From Ignavibacteriales bacterium (GTDB lineage Bacteria > Bacteroidota > Ignavibacteria > UBA10030 > UBA6906), in the NCBI GenBank assembly GCA_037441705.1, contig JBBIRR010000041.1, forward strand, positions 1-33,400: a DNA stretch of 33,400 nucleotides, given 5' to 3'. Below are positions 8,041 through 17,561 of the stretch, piece by piece. Both the position numbers and the translations under genes were made by a program. Under the pieces are notes generated by a model. The model was not told where the DNA came from. It saw only the letters and a program-made list of their open reading frames with translations, and made no database searches. Each line of letters starts with the position of its first letter. Position 1 is the stretch's first letter.

Positions 8041-9225
8041 ATGTCAACTACGCGCGGTCGCCTCCTCCTGCCGAACTTTGTATTCCGGCGCCTCCTCCTT
8101 TGGTTCGTACTCTTCTTCACCGCGCTGCCGTCCCGCGCACAACTTGACTCGGTGCTGGTTCCCTTCGGGGGGGCGAACTACAAATATCTGATCACCAAGG
8201 CGCAGACGATTCCGCGCAACTACGAACACCCGACCTTTGACGACTCGCGCTGGGCCGCCGCCAGAGCGGCATTCGGCACGCTCTCCATCCCCAACACGCC
8301 TCCTTGCCCGCTGAACGACACGGCCTTCGTCAAGACGTTCTGGGATCAGTCGCGGGAAATTCTCCTCAGGAAGCGGTTCAATCTGCCGGCCGGAGCACAG
8401 AACGTCCGCGTTACGGTTGCCATTGACAATGCGGTTCAGGTGTATTTCAACGGGACGGACATCTCGGGCGGCATCCGCTACCACGATGATTGCGCCTCGG
8501 CCACCGGCGATTTCACGTTCAGCGTGCCCGCTTCGCTTCTGAGAGTCGGCGAAAACGTGATCGCTGTGCGCGGATTCTGGCAGAGCGGGAAGAGCTATCT
8601 CGACATCAAGGTTCTGGGCGACATCGTCTTTACGATTACAGCGACTGCCGGACCGAACGGCTCGATTGCACCAAGCGGGGCGGTGAGTGTCAACTACGGC
8701 GCAAATCAAACCTTCACCATTACTCCTAACGCACAATACCGCGTCGCCGATGTTGTGGTTGACGGCAACTCCCAAGGATCGATCACAAGCTACACGTTCA
8801 CGAACGTTACTGCCAACCATACGATCAGCGCAACGTTTGTGCCCGAAAGCCACACGATCACCGCATCAGCCGGGGCGAACGGCACCATCACGCCGAGCGG
8901 GGCGGTGGTCGTCAGCAGCGGCACGAACCAGCTCTTCACTTTCACACCCGATCCGCATTACCATGTTGACAGCGTGTTTGTTGATGGGGTGCATGTGGGC
9001 GCGCCGGCGAGCTACGAATTCACGAACGTGATCGCCGACCATTCCATCCTTGTGAAGTTTGCCATTGATACCTACGTCATCACCGCAACAGCGCAAGCTA
9101 ACGGTGCAATCTCTCCTTCGGGATCGGTGATTGTGGCGCACGGTTCGTCCCCAACCTTCGCTGGGCAAGAAGGATGTCGAGAATGTTGCCGTGCACGAAG
9201 TGGGACACTTCAGCGGGCTTGGTGA
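8041..9225 (+). CDS. N-terminal part of a secreted multidomain protein: galactose-binding-like jelly roll plus about 2.4 beta-rich surface repeats (InlB B-repeat-like); reading frame broken near 9160
   Basis: Signal peptide ..PSRA|Q; FDDSRW..AAFG..LRKRFNLP..IDNAVQVYFNG..GENVIAV motif; repeats of [FHY][TV]ITA[TS]AxxNGxIxPSG; the tail after SPTF is non-homologous. Confidence 0.7.
   Translation: MSTTRGRLLLPNFVFRRLLLWFVLFFTALPSRAQLDSVLVPFGGANYKYLITKAQTIPRNYEHPTFDDSRWAAARAAFGTLSIPNTPPCPLNDTAFVKTFWDQSREILLRKRFNLPAGAQNVRVTVAIDNAVQVYFNGTDISGGIRYHDDCASATGDFTFSVPASLLRVGENVIAVRGFWQSGKSYLDIKVLGDIVFTITATAGPNGSIAPSGAVSVNYGANQTFTITPNAQYRVADVVVDGNSQGSITSYTFTNVTANHTISATFVPESHTITASAGANGTITPSGAVVVSSGTNQLFTFTPDPHYHVDSVFVDGVHVGAPASYEFTNVIADHSILVKFAIDTYVITATAQANGAISPSGSVIVAHGSSPTFAGQEGCRECCRARSGTLQRAW
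8629..9159 (+). repeat. tandem 74-aa (222-nt) coding repeats, third copy truncated
   Basis: Units start at 8629 (FTITATAG), 8851 (HTITASAG) and 9073 (YVITATAQ). Confidence 0.85.
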
Positions 9226-9655
9226 TATCTACAATCCGGGATTCCCGCAGTATCTTCCGTTCATGGGAACGGATAACGACACGGTGACGATGTACGGCTT
9301 CATCAGAAACGGCGAGGTAGTGAAGCGTGACTTGGATGTTCCGGATACGTCCGGCATCGGGTATATCTACCGGAACATTCCGCGGACGCGCATGGATGTC
9401 GTTCTCATCTTTGACGGCGCTGGCAATTTCGCTTCGCCATCGGCGTACAATGGATTTGTGCCCGCAAAGAACAATGCCGCCGCGCTGATTCAAAAGATGC
9501 GTACGGGCGATCGAGTTGGCGTCATCAGACTTCCGAACACGATTATTTCTCCTCTCACCACAATACAGGATAGCGCCTCACGCAGCGGCGTGTTTTTCTA
9601 CCGCTTGCAGGCCGGTGACTTCGTTGCTCATCGCAAGATGATGATGTTGAAGTAA
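9161..9655 (+). pseudogene. fragment in another frame: metzincin active-site half + start of a VWA domain + last residues of a T9SS C-terminal domain
   Basis: HEVGHFSGLGD (9194-9226) and TVTMYG Met-turn; DVVLIFD...DRVGVI (VWA-like); then abruptly SGVFFYRLQAGDFVAHRKMMMLK stop; no credible start of its own. Confidence 0.6.
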
Positions 9656-9676
9656 CGACTAGGCCGAGACGATGGA

Positions 9677-9709
9677 CTCCGCTTGCTTCCAGATTTATGG
9701 CAAGCGGAG
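9677..9709 (+). terminator. hairpin after the T9SS-type stop codon
   Basis: CTCCGCTTGC / GCAAGCGGAG 10-bp stem; weak U-tract. Confidence 0.4.
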
Positions 9710-9804
9710 CCTATCCTCGTTGGCCTGGCATTTTATGATTCATTGATTGAGTTGCAGGGGTGCCAGAGTTCATCTCTCAAAACGCAAGGAACTTCTTGAA
9801 GTAG

Positions 9805-12800
9805 ATGTGTGCACGGTCGTTTAGCGGTTTCCTTCTTCTTGTCGTAACGATTTGTTCGTTAGGAGTTTCCCAACCAAAGATCAGGTTCTCCCACCTCTCC
9901 GTCCAGCAGGGGCTTTCGCAAAGCGCGGTCAACTGTATCTTTCAGGATCGCCAGGGGTTTATGTGGTTCGGAACGCAGGACGGTTTGAACCGCTACGACG
10001 GCTATTCGTTCAAAGTATTCAAACACAATCCTGCCGACACAGGCAGTATTAGTGACAACTTTATTGTCTCGATCAGCGAGGACAACGAAGGGGTGTTGTG
10101 GATTGAGACACTGAACACTCCCGCGGTGCTGAACCGCTTCGACGGATTGACAGAAACATTCGCCCGGCGCGTGAAGGACAGCGTTGACCTGAAAAACGCG
10201 CGGCGAAGTTCTGTCTTCTCGTCCCATGAGGATCAGCACGGCGTCCGGTGGGAAGGATCAGTTGGTGGAGGAGTGACGAGGCTCGACATGCGCACAGGAG
10301 CGAAGAAGGAGTACAAGCACGATGCGAAAGACCCCGGCAGCCTCAGCGACAATCGCGTGTACTCTGTGTACGGCGACCGCGCCGGCACAATTTGGGTGGG
10401 CACGCGTGAAGGTCTCGATCGCTACGACCCTTCGACCGACTCGTTCGTCCACTACAGGCATGATGATCGCGATCCGCATTCGTTGAGCGACAACTGGGTG
10501 TGGCCGATCGTTGAAGATCGCACGGGCGTCCTTTGGGTCGGTACGGCGCGCGGCGGCTTGAATCGGTTCGATCGGACGACGGGGCGGTTCACCACGTTCA
10601 AGCGTGACCCTTCCGACACGAGAAGCTTGAGCGACGATTTCGTCCTTTCCATTTATCAAGATCGCTCGGGGCTGATGTGGGTGGGAACGAGCGGGGACGG
10701 TCTCAACACCTTCCATCCCGAACTGAATGCCTTCCACACCTTTGCAAACGATCCCCGCAACCCAAACAGTTTAGCAGACAACACGATCCGCGCGATGTAC
10801 GTTGATCGGGCCGGCATCGCATGGATTGGCACGCCTGCGGGACTCGATCGCTTCGACCGCGAGCAAGGAACCTTCATTCATTACAAAATCAATCCGAAGA
10901 ATCCAAAAAGTCTTGGAGACATCCCGAACGTTCTGTTTGAAGATCGCGCAGGCGGGTTCTGGGTAGGGACGTTCAGCAACGGGCTTGACCGTCTCGACCG
11001 GGCGACAGGCACGTTTACGCATTTTCGTCGCGATCCCGCTCGGCCCAACAGCTTGAGCGACAACCGCATCTACGCGCTTGCTGAAGACCGCGTCGGGGCG
11101 TTGTGGGTGGGAACCTACGGTGGAGGCCTGAATCGCTTGGACCCCGCCACAGGAACGTTCAAAGTCTTCGCGTACGACCCTACCGGCAGAACAGGCCCAA
11201 CGGCAAAAGGAGTCTGGTCGCTCTGCGTTGACCACGAGGGCGTTCTGTGGGTGGGGACGTACGGCGGCGGGCTGAATCGGTTCGACCTTCATACGGAATC
11301 GTTCACGTCTTTCAAGCACAACAAAGACGATACAACAAGTATCAGCGACGATACGATCATCTCCATCTACGAGGATCGCTCGCACAGGTTGTGGGTGGGA
11401 ACGACGGCCGGGCTGAATCGTTTCGATCGGGCAACGCGAACCTTTACGCGTTATCGCGAGAAGGACGGGCTGCCCAACGATTTCATCTTCGGTATACTCG
11501 AAGATGGTAACGGACGATTGTGGTTAAGCACGAATAAAGGTCTCTCACGCTTCGACCCAGCCACATCAACGTTCCGTAACTACGACGTCAACGATGGCTT
11601 GCAGGGAAATGAGTTCAACCAGAATGCGTATGCCCGAAGCGGGCGAACAGGGGAGATGTACTTCGGGGGAGGCAACGGCTTCAACGTGTTCCACCCCGAG
11701 AGTGTGAAAGAGAACGCGTTTCTTCCGCCTGTGGTCATCAGCGGCTTCCGTCGCTACAATACCGATGATGCCGAGGGCAAGCCCATCGAAGAACGGGGAG
11801 TGCCATTGCGAGAGGGGATCGAACTGAGTTACAAGGACAACATTGCGACGTTCGACTTTTCCGCTCTGAGTTTCTACAACGCGTTCAAGAATCGCTACGC
11901 GTACAGGTTGGAAGGATTCAGCGAGAACTGGATTCAGCTCGGCACGACGCGCACCGCGACGTTCACCAATCTCGATGCAGGCGAGTATGTGCTTCACGTG
12001 CGAGGCTCGAACAATGACGGTTTGTGGAACGAGGACGGAGCTTCGCTACGCCTCGTCGTAACGCCGCCGTGGTGGAAAACGCGATGGGCATACGCTGCGT
12101 ATGTCTTGATCTTCTTCGGCATTCTGTACGAGTTACGGCGATTCGAAATCAACAGACGCGAGCAGAAGGCGCGCTTGCGCGAATCGGAGCTGCGTGCAAA
12201 AGCCGCCGAAGCCGAGAAGCGCGTGTTAGAAGTCGAAAACGAGCGGAAGACGAAAGAGCTGGAGGAGGCCCGAGAACTGCAGCTTTCGATGCTGCCGCGC
12301 GAGATTCCGAAGCTGCCGAACCTCGAGATCGCCGTCTTCATGAAAACCGCGACAGAAGTCGGCGGCGACTACTACGACTTCCATCTTACACCCGACGGAG
12401 TTCTCAGCGTCGCCTGCGGCGATGCGACGGGGCACGGCATGCAGGCAGGCACGGTGGTCACGTTGATGAAAGGCCTCTTCACCTCTGACGCGTCGCGGCT
12501 CGACATCAAGTCGTTCTTCAATCACAGCAGCCTCGCCATCAAAAACATCAAAATGGGCCGGCTGATGATGGCTTTCACAATGCTGAAAATCCACAACCGA
12601 CATGTGGCGTTTGCCTCTGCGGGCATGCCGCCCCTTTTTGTCTGGCGAGAGAAACAGGGCACGGTGGAGGAAATCCTGTTGAAGGGGATGCCGTTAGGTG
12701 CCATGAAGAATTTTCCGTATGTTGTGCATGAAGAAGAACTCCAGGCTGGCGACCTGCTCCTTGTTCTTTCCGACGGACTGCCGGAGCAAAAGAATGCAAC

Positions 12801-12966
12801 GGGTGAGATGTTTGATTATCTTCGTGTGCAGGAGACCCTGAAATCGGTTGCGAGGGAGACGCCCGGAAAAATTATCGAACGCCTCTGGAACGCAGCACAG
12901 ATGTGGATGAACGGCGCAACGCAAGAAGACGACATGACGATGATAGCGATACGGATGAAAGGGTGA
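9805..12966 (+). CDS. membrane sensor phosphatase: Reg_prop beta-propellers + Y_Y_Y + TM + SpoIIE/PP2C domain
   Basis: Signal peptide; many SLSDN..D..G.LWVGT..GGLNRFD repeats; YRLEGF..YVLHVRGSN; PPWW-TM; VGGDYYDF, GDATGHG, SDGL and EDDMT PP2C motifs. Confidence 0.93.
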   Translation: MCARSFSGFLLLVVTICSLGVSQPKIRFSHLSVQQGLSQSAVNCIFQDRQGFMWFGTQDGLNRYDGYSFKVFKHNPADTGSISDNFIVSISEDNEGVLWIETLNTPAVLNRFDGLTETFARRVKDSVDLKNARRSSVFSSHEDQHGVRWEGSVGGGVTRLDMRTGAKKEYKHDAKDPGSLSDNRVYSVYGDRAGTIWVGTREGLDRYDPSTDSFVHYRHDDRDPHSLSDNWVWPIVEDRTGVLWVGTARGGLNRFDRTTGRFTTFKRDPSDTRSLSDDFVLSIYQDRSGLMWVGTSGDGLNTFHPELNAFHTFANDPRNPNSLADNTIRAMYVDRAGIAWIGTPAGLDRFDREQGTFIHYKINPKNPKSLGDIPNVLFEDRAGGFWVGTFSNGLDRLDRATGTFTHFRRDPARPNSLSDNRIYALAEDRVGALWVGTYGGGLNRLDPATGTFKVFAYDPTGRTGPTAKGVWSLCVDHEGVLWVGTYGGGLNRFDLHTESFTSFKHNKDDTTSISDDTIISIYEDRSHRLWVGTTAGLNRFDRATRTFTRYREKDGLPNDFIFGILEDGNGRLWLSTNKGLSRFDPATSTFRNYDVNDGLQGNEFNQNAYARSGRTGEMYFGGGNGFNVFHPESVKENAFLPPVVISGFRRYNTDDAEGKPIEERGVPLREGIELSYKDNIATFDFSALSFYNAFKNRYAYRLEGFSENWIQLGTTRTATFTNLDAGEYVLHVRGSNNDGLWNEDGASLRLVVTPPWWKTRWAYAAYVLIFFGILYELRRFEINRREQKARLRESELRAKAAEAEKRVLEVENERKTKELEEARELQLSMLPREIPKLPNLEIAVFMKTATEVGGDYYDFHLTPDGVLSVACGDATGHGMQAGTVVTLMKGLFTSDASRLDIKSFFNHSSLAIKNIKMGRLMMAFTMLKIHNRHVAFASAGMPPLFVWREKQGTVEEILLKGMPLGAMKNFPYVVHEEELQAGDLLLVLSDGLPEQKNATGEMFDYLRVQETLKSVARETPGKIIERLWNAAQMWMNGATQEDDMTMIAIRMKG

Positions 12967-13074
12967 TAACGCGTGAGGGGGGAGGAGAGGGGCTTGTGCA
13001 GATACACCAGAGACTTGTCTCTCCAAGTCTGGGGTTGCTGCAAACAGACAAATCTGTCATGCATACGATCAATC

Positions 13075-13491
13075 ATGAATAACGAACTCACACTCAAGAT
13101 CGAACTGCCGAACGTGCCGGACATAGAACTCGTGGCGCTGGAAGGACTGGAGCGCCTCGGGCGGCACATGGGCATCGCCGACGGCAAGATCGCCGAAGGG
13201 CGCGTCCTTGTAACGGAGGCCATTATCAACGCGCTGGACCATACCGGCAAGGATCATCCCGTCGTGCAGGTAGAGTTCACGATGTCGAAAGAAGAACTGA
13301 CGATCTTCGTTCGCGACTATGGAAAGGGCTTCGCGCCGGATGCAATCCCGCGGCCCGACATTCGAACGAAGATCGGCGATCCGAATAAGCGCGGCTGGGG
13401 CTTGCATCTCATGAAGACGATGTCCGACGATTTTCGCATCGAGTCGCAGCCCACCGGAACCAAGATTACGCTCATCAAGAAACTTACATAG
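13075..13491 (+). CDS. anti-sigma factor serine kinase (RsbW/SpoIIAB-like HATPase)
   Basis: VTEAIINALDH, VRDYGKGF, RGWGLHLM and GTKITL; start at ATG 13075. Confidence 0.9.
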   Translation: MNNELTLKIELPNVPDIELVALEGLERLGRHMGIADGKIAEGRVLVTEAIINALDHTGKDHPVVQVEFTMSKEELTIFVRDYGKGFAPDAIPRPDIRTKIGDPNKRGWGLHLMKTMSDDFRIESQPTGTKITLIKKLT

Positions 13492-13501
13492 AGGATGATG
13501 G

Positions 13502-13855
13502 ATGGAACAGGAGTTCTCACTCACGCCCGTACTTCAGAACGATTGCCTTGTGATTGCAACGTCGGGATATGTCAATAACAAAGGGGGCGAGGCGATCGCG
13601 CGCGAGTTCAACAAACATTTTGAGCACGGCGTCAAGCGTGTCGTCATCAACCTTGCACAATCGAAGGTGGTCAACTCCATCGGCATGTCATTTCTGATCG
13701 AGATTATCGAGAAGTTGGAAGAAGCCGGAGGGCGCCTGGTGTTCACCAATCTCGATCCCGGAGTCGAGAAGATGCTTTCGATCATGGGACTGTTGAATTT
13801 TGCGGGGAAGGAAAAGACCGTTGACGACGCGTTGAAGTCTCTTTCTACCCAATAA
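13502..13855 (+). CDS. STAS-domain anti-sigma factor antagonist (RsbV/SpoIIAA-like)
   Basis: 117 aa; VVINL..VVNSIGMSFL (phospho-Ser motif variant); GGRLVF..VEKMLSIMGL. Confidence 0.9.
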   Translation: MEQEFSLTPVLQNDCLVIATSGYVNNKGGEAIAREFNKHFEHGVKRVVINLAQSKVVNSIGMSFLIEIIEKLEEAGGRLVFTNLDPGVEKMLSIMGLLNFAGKEKTVDDALKSLSTQ

Positions 13856-13868
13856 CAAAGGCTGCTTC

Positions 13869-15470
13869 GTGGCGCTGCCCCTGTTGGTAGAACGCTTGTC
13901 CGTTCAAATCGCTTCGCTGCAGGAGGGATTCGAGCTGCTTACGCGCGCTTCCAGCCAGAAGGAACTCGCGCGTCGGTTCTTTCACATTCTGCGCGGCAAC
14001 TTCGTCACCACGGATATCACGATCTATTACAAAACCACCGCAAGCGATCCCTGGCAGAAGCTCTACGGAAAGGCGACATGCGAAGGCGAGGAATATCTCG
14101 GCGGAACGCCTCCGGAATTTGTGTTGAAGAGTTATGGTGGAAAGAACCCAAAACTTGCCGTAGCGCAGCCGCTTATGGATGGGTCGTGTGTCGGCGTGAT
14201 TCTGGGACATAAGTTGGGCGGCGCCGCGCACTCCGCTCTTGACAAAATCTCCCTCCAAATCTTCCTGCAGGTATTTGCAACTGCGTATCAGGCCCTGTCA
14301 CAATATCGCAAGGAAAAGGAACTCATCTTTTCGCTGAACCATCGTCTCCTCCAGTTGAATAGCTTGATTGATACGGGAATAGAGTTGACGCGGCGGAAGA
14401 AGAATCTCGCGCCCGAAGCGTTTGCTTTACAGCGTGCCGCAGCGCTCACGAACGCATCCTGGGGAATGTTCCGGAAGAGAGTGGAGAAGGAAAACGTGGA
14501 GACGCTTGTGTTCCCCGAGGGCACACAGCCTCGCAGGTCGCGCAGCAAGCTGCATCATATTCGCTCCGGCTTTACGCTCCACGGAATCACCTACATTTTT
14601 GATTTGTATGAAAAGGAAAGTCGTGAGGGGACAATTCCGTTTGAAGAGACCGATCGTCTTCTGCTCGACGCAGTCGTCCAGCAAGTGTATGCCGTGGTCG
14701 AGAATGAATTTCGCCAGAAGCAGGAGTTGGAGAGACAGAAAATCGAGCAGGACATTGCGGTTGCGGCCTCGATTCAGCAGCGCATCCTTCCTGCTGAGCT
14801 TCCGCGCATTCAGGGATACGACATCTTCGGCATCAATATTCCCACGCGGGCAATTGGGGGCGATTACTACAACTGCATCCCGCTGAACGGCAGGGGGTAC
14901 GGATTGTTGATGGCCGATGTTGCCGGGAAAGGCGTTCCGGCCGCGCTGCTGGTCAGCAGTTTTCATGCATATCTTCACGCGTACCTGGACAACGTCGGCT
15001 CGCTGGTCGAGCTTGCACAGCGCCTCAATCAAGCCATATTCAGTGCATCGACGGCCGAGCGATACATTACTGCTGTGGTTGGCATCCTGCAGCCCGATCG
15101 CGGCGAGCTGCAGATGATCAATGCCGGACACAATCCCGTGTACGTACTGCGGGCAGATGGCACGGTCGAGGCGCTCAGCAAGGGAGGCATTGCGTTTGGA
15201 ATGATAGATATGGATTTCCCTTACGAAGTTGATTCGGTGACGCTTGCGCCGGGCGACCGTGTGCTGCTTTACACCGATGGAATTACGGAGGCGATGAATG
15301 CGCACGGAGAGCAGTACGACGCGCACGACGCCTTGCAGAGTTTCTTGCTTGCTCACCGACCGTCGTCGTCCGAAGCGTTTGTGCGCGGCCTGCTTGCTGA
15401 TGTCGCTTCCTTTACCGGCGCCGCTCCGCAGAGCGACGATATGACGGCGATGTATCTGATGCGCGGATGA
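13869..15470 (+). CDS. SpoIIE/RsbU-like PP2C phosphatase with degenerate GAF-like N-terminal region
   Basis: IQQRILP, IGGDYY, ADVAGKGVPAAL, NAGHNP, YTDGITEA and SDDMT. Confidence 0.9.
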   Translation: MALPLLVERLSVQIASLQEGFELLTRASSQKELARRFFHILRGNFVTTDITIYYKTTASDPWQKLYGKATCEGEEYLGGTPPEFVLKSYGGKNPKLAVAQPLMDGSCVGVILGHKLGGAAHSALDKISLQIFLQVFATAYQALSQYRKEKELIFSLNHRLLQLNSLIDTGIELTRRKKNLAPEAFALQRAAALTNASWGMFRKRVEKENVETLVFPEGTQPRRSRSKLHHIRSGFTLHGITYIFDLYEKESREGTIPFEETDRLLLDAVVQQVYAVVENEFRQKQELERQKIEQDIAVAASIQQRILPAELPRIQGYDIFGINIPTRAIGGDYYNCIPLNGRGYGLLMADVAGKGVPAALLVSSFHAYLHAYLDNVGSLVELAQRLNQAIFSASTAERYITAVVGILQPDRGELQMINAGHNPVYVLRADGTVEALSKGGIAFGMIDMDFPYEVDSVTLAPGDRVLLYTDGITEAMNAHGEQYDAHDALQSFLLAHRPSSSEAFVRGLLADVASFTGAAPQSDDMTAMYLMRG

Positions 15471-15601
15471 GATGACTCCTTTCGCAGCCTTTCCCTTCCG
15501 TTTTTGCAATAGCATAAGACCCTCAAAATCCGTATCATAGTCACTGAGGGAGGGGACGTGGGCATTCCCCTCGCAATTTCGGTCGAAGCATGGATTGATT
15601 G

Positions 15602-17008
15602 ATGCGCTTCTCCAGAGCGTTTTTCACGCGGTTTCATGAGTTCAGTCGTAAACGGCGGCTCATGGAGCAGGGCGATAAGATCATCGCGGCGGTAAGCGGT
15701 GGCGTGGACTCGATGGTGTTGCTGGACTTGCTTGCCAGAGAACAAGAAGCCCTGGGGCTTTCGGTGATTGTCGCACACTTCAACTTCATGCTGCGCGGGG
15801 CAGAATCGGACGGCGACGAGCAGTTCGTTGTCCAGCGCGCCCGTCATTACGGATTCGAAGTGTATCTCGATCGTGCCGATTGTGCCGCGTATGCACGAGA
15901 GCACAAGATGGGCATTCAGGAAGCAGCGCGCCAGCTTCGCTACGAATTCTTTGACAATCTGCTGCTCTCGAGCGGGTTCGACAAGATTGCAACCGCCCAC
16001 AACGCCAACGATAACGCGGAGACCATCTTACTCAATATGTTCCGCGGTGCGGGCGTTGCCGGGCTTTCGGGCATCCCCGTCTATCGCGAGGATAGACGCA
16101 TCATTCGCCCGTTGGTGTTTGCCGAGCGCAAGGAAATTGAAGACTATGCCTCCGTCGAGAGAATCCCGTTTCGCACAGATTCGTCGAACGCGGAGGAGTA
16201 TTACACAAGAAATTATCTCCGGCTCAACGTTCTTCCGTTGATTCAAAAAGAGATCAACCCCAACGTCGTTGCAACGTTGAACCGCACCGGAGAGCTTTTT
16301 CGCGAGTTAGAATCGTACCTGATCGCTGCGGCACGCGAACAGTACGATGCTGTGGTGACGCGCGATAGCACCACCGAGGTGCAGGTTGCGGTGTCGCGCC
16401 TCAGGGCAATCCCGCGACTTTTGCAGCAATACGTGGTCATGTTCGTGGCCGAGAGCTTTGCCGCGTGCAGGCCGGAATACGATCATGTCCAACGCATTCT
16501 GGAGCTGATGGATGGCCTGAGCGGCTCGTGGGTGGCGATTGACAGAAACCATGTTGTTTTTCGCGATCGAGACCATCTGGTGTTTCGCAAGACCGAAGAG
16601 GTGCCGGAGTTTCGGTTTGCGGTTCTGCCAAACCGGCGATACCAATTCGACCGCTTCTGTTTCTCTTCCGAGATTATGGAGGCGAAGAACCTGGTGCTCA
16701 ATGGGAGCGAAGCAGAATACGTTGATGGAGACAAACTTGCGGGCAAGAGCCTCGTGCTGCGTTCCTGGAGTGACGGCGATTGGTTTATCCCGTTGGGGAT
16801 GACCAGCAGAAAAAAGATCAGCGATTATTTTGTTGATGCGAAGATTCCGATCTACCGGAAGCCGCTGATTCCGATCCTGGAAACCACCGATGGCGAAGTG
16901 GTGTGGGTCTGCGGTCAACGCATTGATGAGCGGTTCAAAGTAACGCCTGCAACGCGACAGGTGATGAAACTCCAGTTCTCTACAAAAGAAACGGCGGATG
17001 ACGCTTAA
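15602..17008 (+). CDS. tilS: tRNA(Ile)-lysidine synthetase
   Basis: AVSGGVDS PP-loop, AARQLRY, TAHNANDNAET, RNYLR and TilS C-terminal KKISDYFVDAKIP. Confidence 0.96.
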   Translation: MRFSRAFFTRFHEFSRKRRLMEQGDKIIAAVSGGVDSMVLLDLLAREQEALGLSVIVAHFNFMLRGAESDGDEQFVVQRARHYGFEVYLDRADCAAYAREHKMGIQEAARQLRYEFFDNLLLSSGFDKIATAHNANDNAETILLNMFRGAGVAGLSGIPVYREDRRIIRPLVFAERKEIEDYASVERIPFRTDSSNAEEYYTRNYLRLNVLPLIQKEINPNVVATLNRTGELFRELESYLIAAAREQYDAVVTRDSTTEVQVAVSRLRAIPRLLQQYVVMFVAESFAACRPEYDHVQRILELMDGLSGSWVAIDRNHVVFRDRDHLVFRKTEEVPEFRFAVLPNRRYQFDRFCFSSEIMEAKNLVLNGSEAEYVDGDKLAGKSLVLRSWSDGDWFIPLGMTSRKKISDYFVDAKIPIYRKPLIPILETTDGEVVWVCGQRIDERFKVTPATRQVMKLQFSTKETADDA

Positions 17009-17561
17009 CAAGAAGAAGATCTTCGTCAACGGCGATGCGTTCGTGGTGATGCTCAGCGAGCGGCGCATCCGAACGAGAGTGAAACAGCTCGCGCAGCAGA
17101 TCAGCAAGCAATACAAGGGTACGATCCCCGTCTTTATCGGCGTGCTCAACGGGTCGTTCGTGTTCTTTGCCGATCTCATCCGCGAAGTCACGATCGATTG
17201 TGAAGTGGATTTTCTCAAGCTTTCGAGCTACGGCGATGCAAAGATCAGCTCGGGCAATGTCAAGCTGTTGAAAGACTTGAACTGTCAGGTGGAAGGACGC
17301 GACATCATCATCGTGGAGGATGTCATTGATTCGGGGCTCTCGATGGAGTATATCCGCAGCCTCATCATGCAGCAGAACCCAAAGTCCTTCCGCGTTGTTA
17401 CTCTGTTGTACAAGAAAGATGCGGTGAAATGGCCTGTGAGGATTGACTATATCGGGTTCACGATCCCGAAGGATTTTGTCATCGGGTACGGTTTGGACTA
17501 CGCGCAGCGATTACGGCACCTCAAAGCGATTTACCGCCTGCAAAAGCGCAATGAACGATGA
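16998..17561 (+). CDS. hpt: hypoxanthine phosphoribosyltransferase
   Basis: GVLNGSFVFFADL, IIVEDVIDSG PRPP motif, FVIGYGLDY; conserved tilS-hpt-ftsH order. Confidence 0.96.
   Translation: MTLNKKKIFVNGDAFVVMLSERRIRTRVKQLAQQISKQYKGTIPVFIGVLNGSFVFFADLIREVTIDCEVDFLKLSSYGDAKISSGNVKLLKDLNCQVEGRDIIIVEDVIDSGLSMEYIRSLIMQQNPKSFRVVTLLYKKDAVKWPVRIDYIGFTIPKDFVIGYGLDYAQRLRHLKAIYRLQKRNER

Noticed and set aside
10200-11600. Internal repeats in the 1053-aa sensor
   Set aside because: Ordinary Reg_prop propeller blades, already explained by the feature call.
12967-13074. Short palindromes (AGAGACTTGTCTCT, GACAAATCTGTC) and the N-terminal ORF extension of the RsbW-like gene
   Set aside because: Too short or degenerate to call a repeat family; the extension is non-homologous, so the start was moved to 13075.
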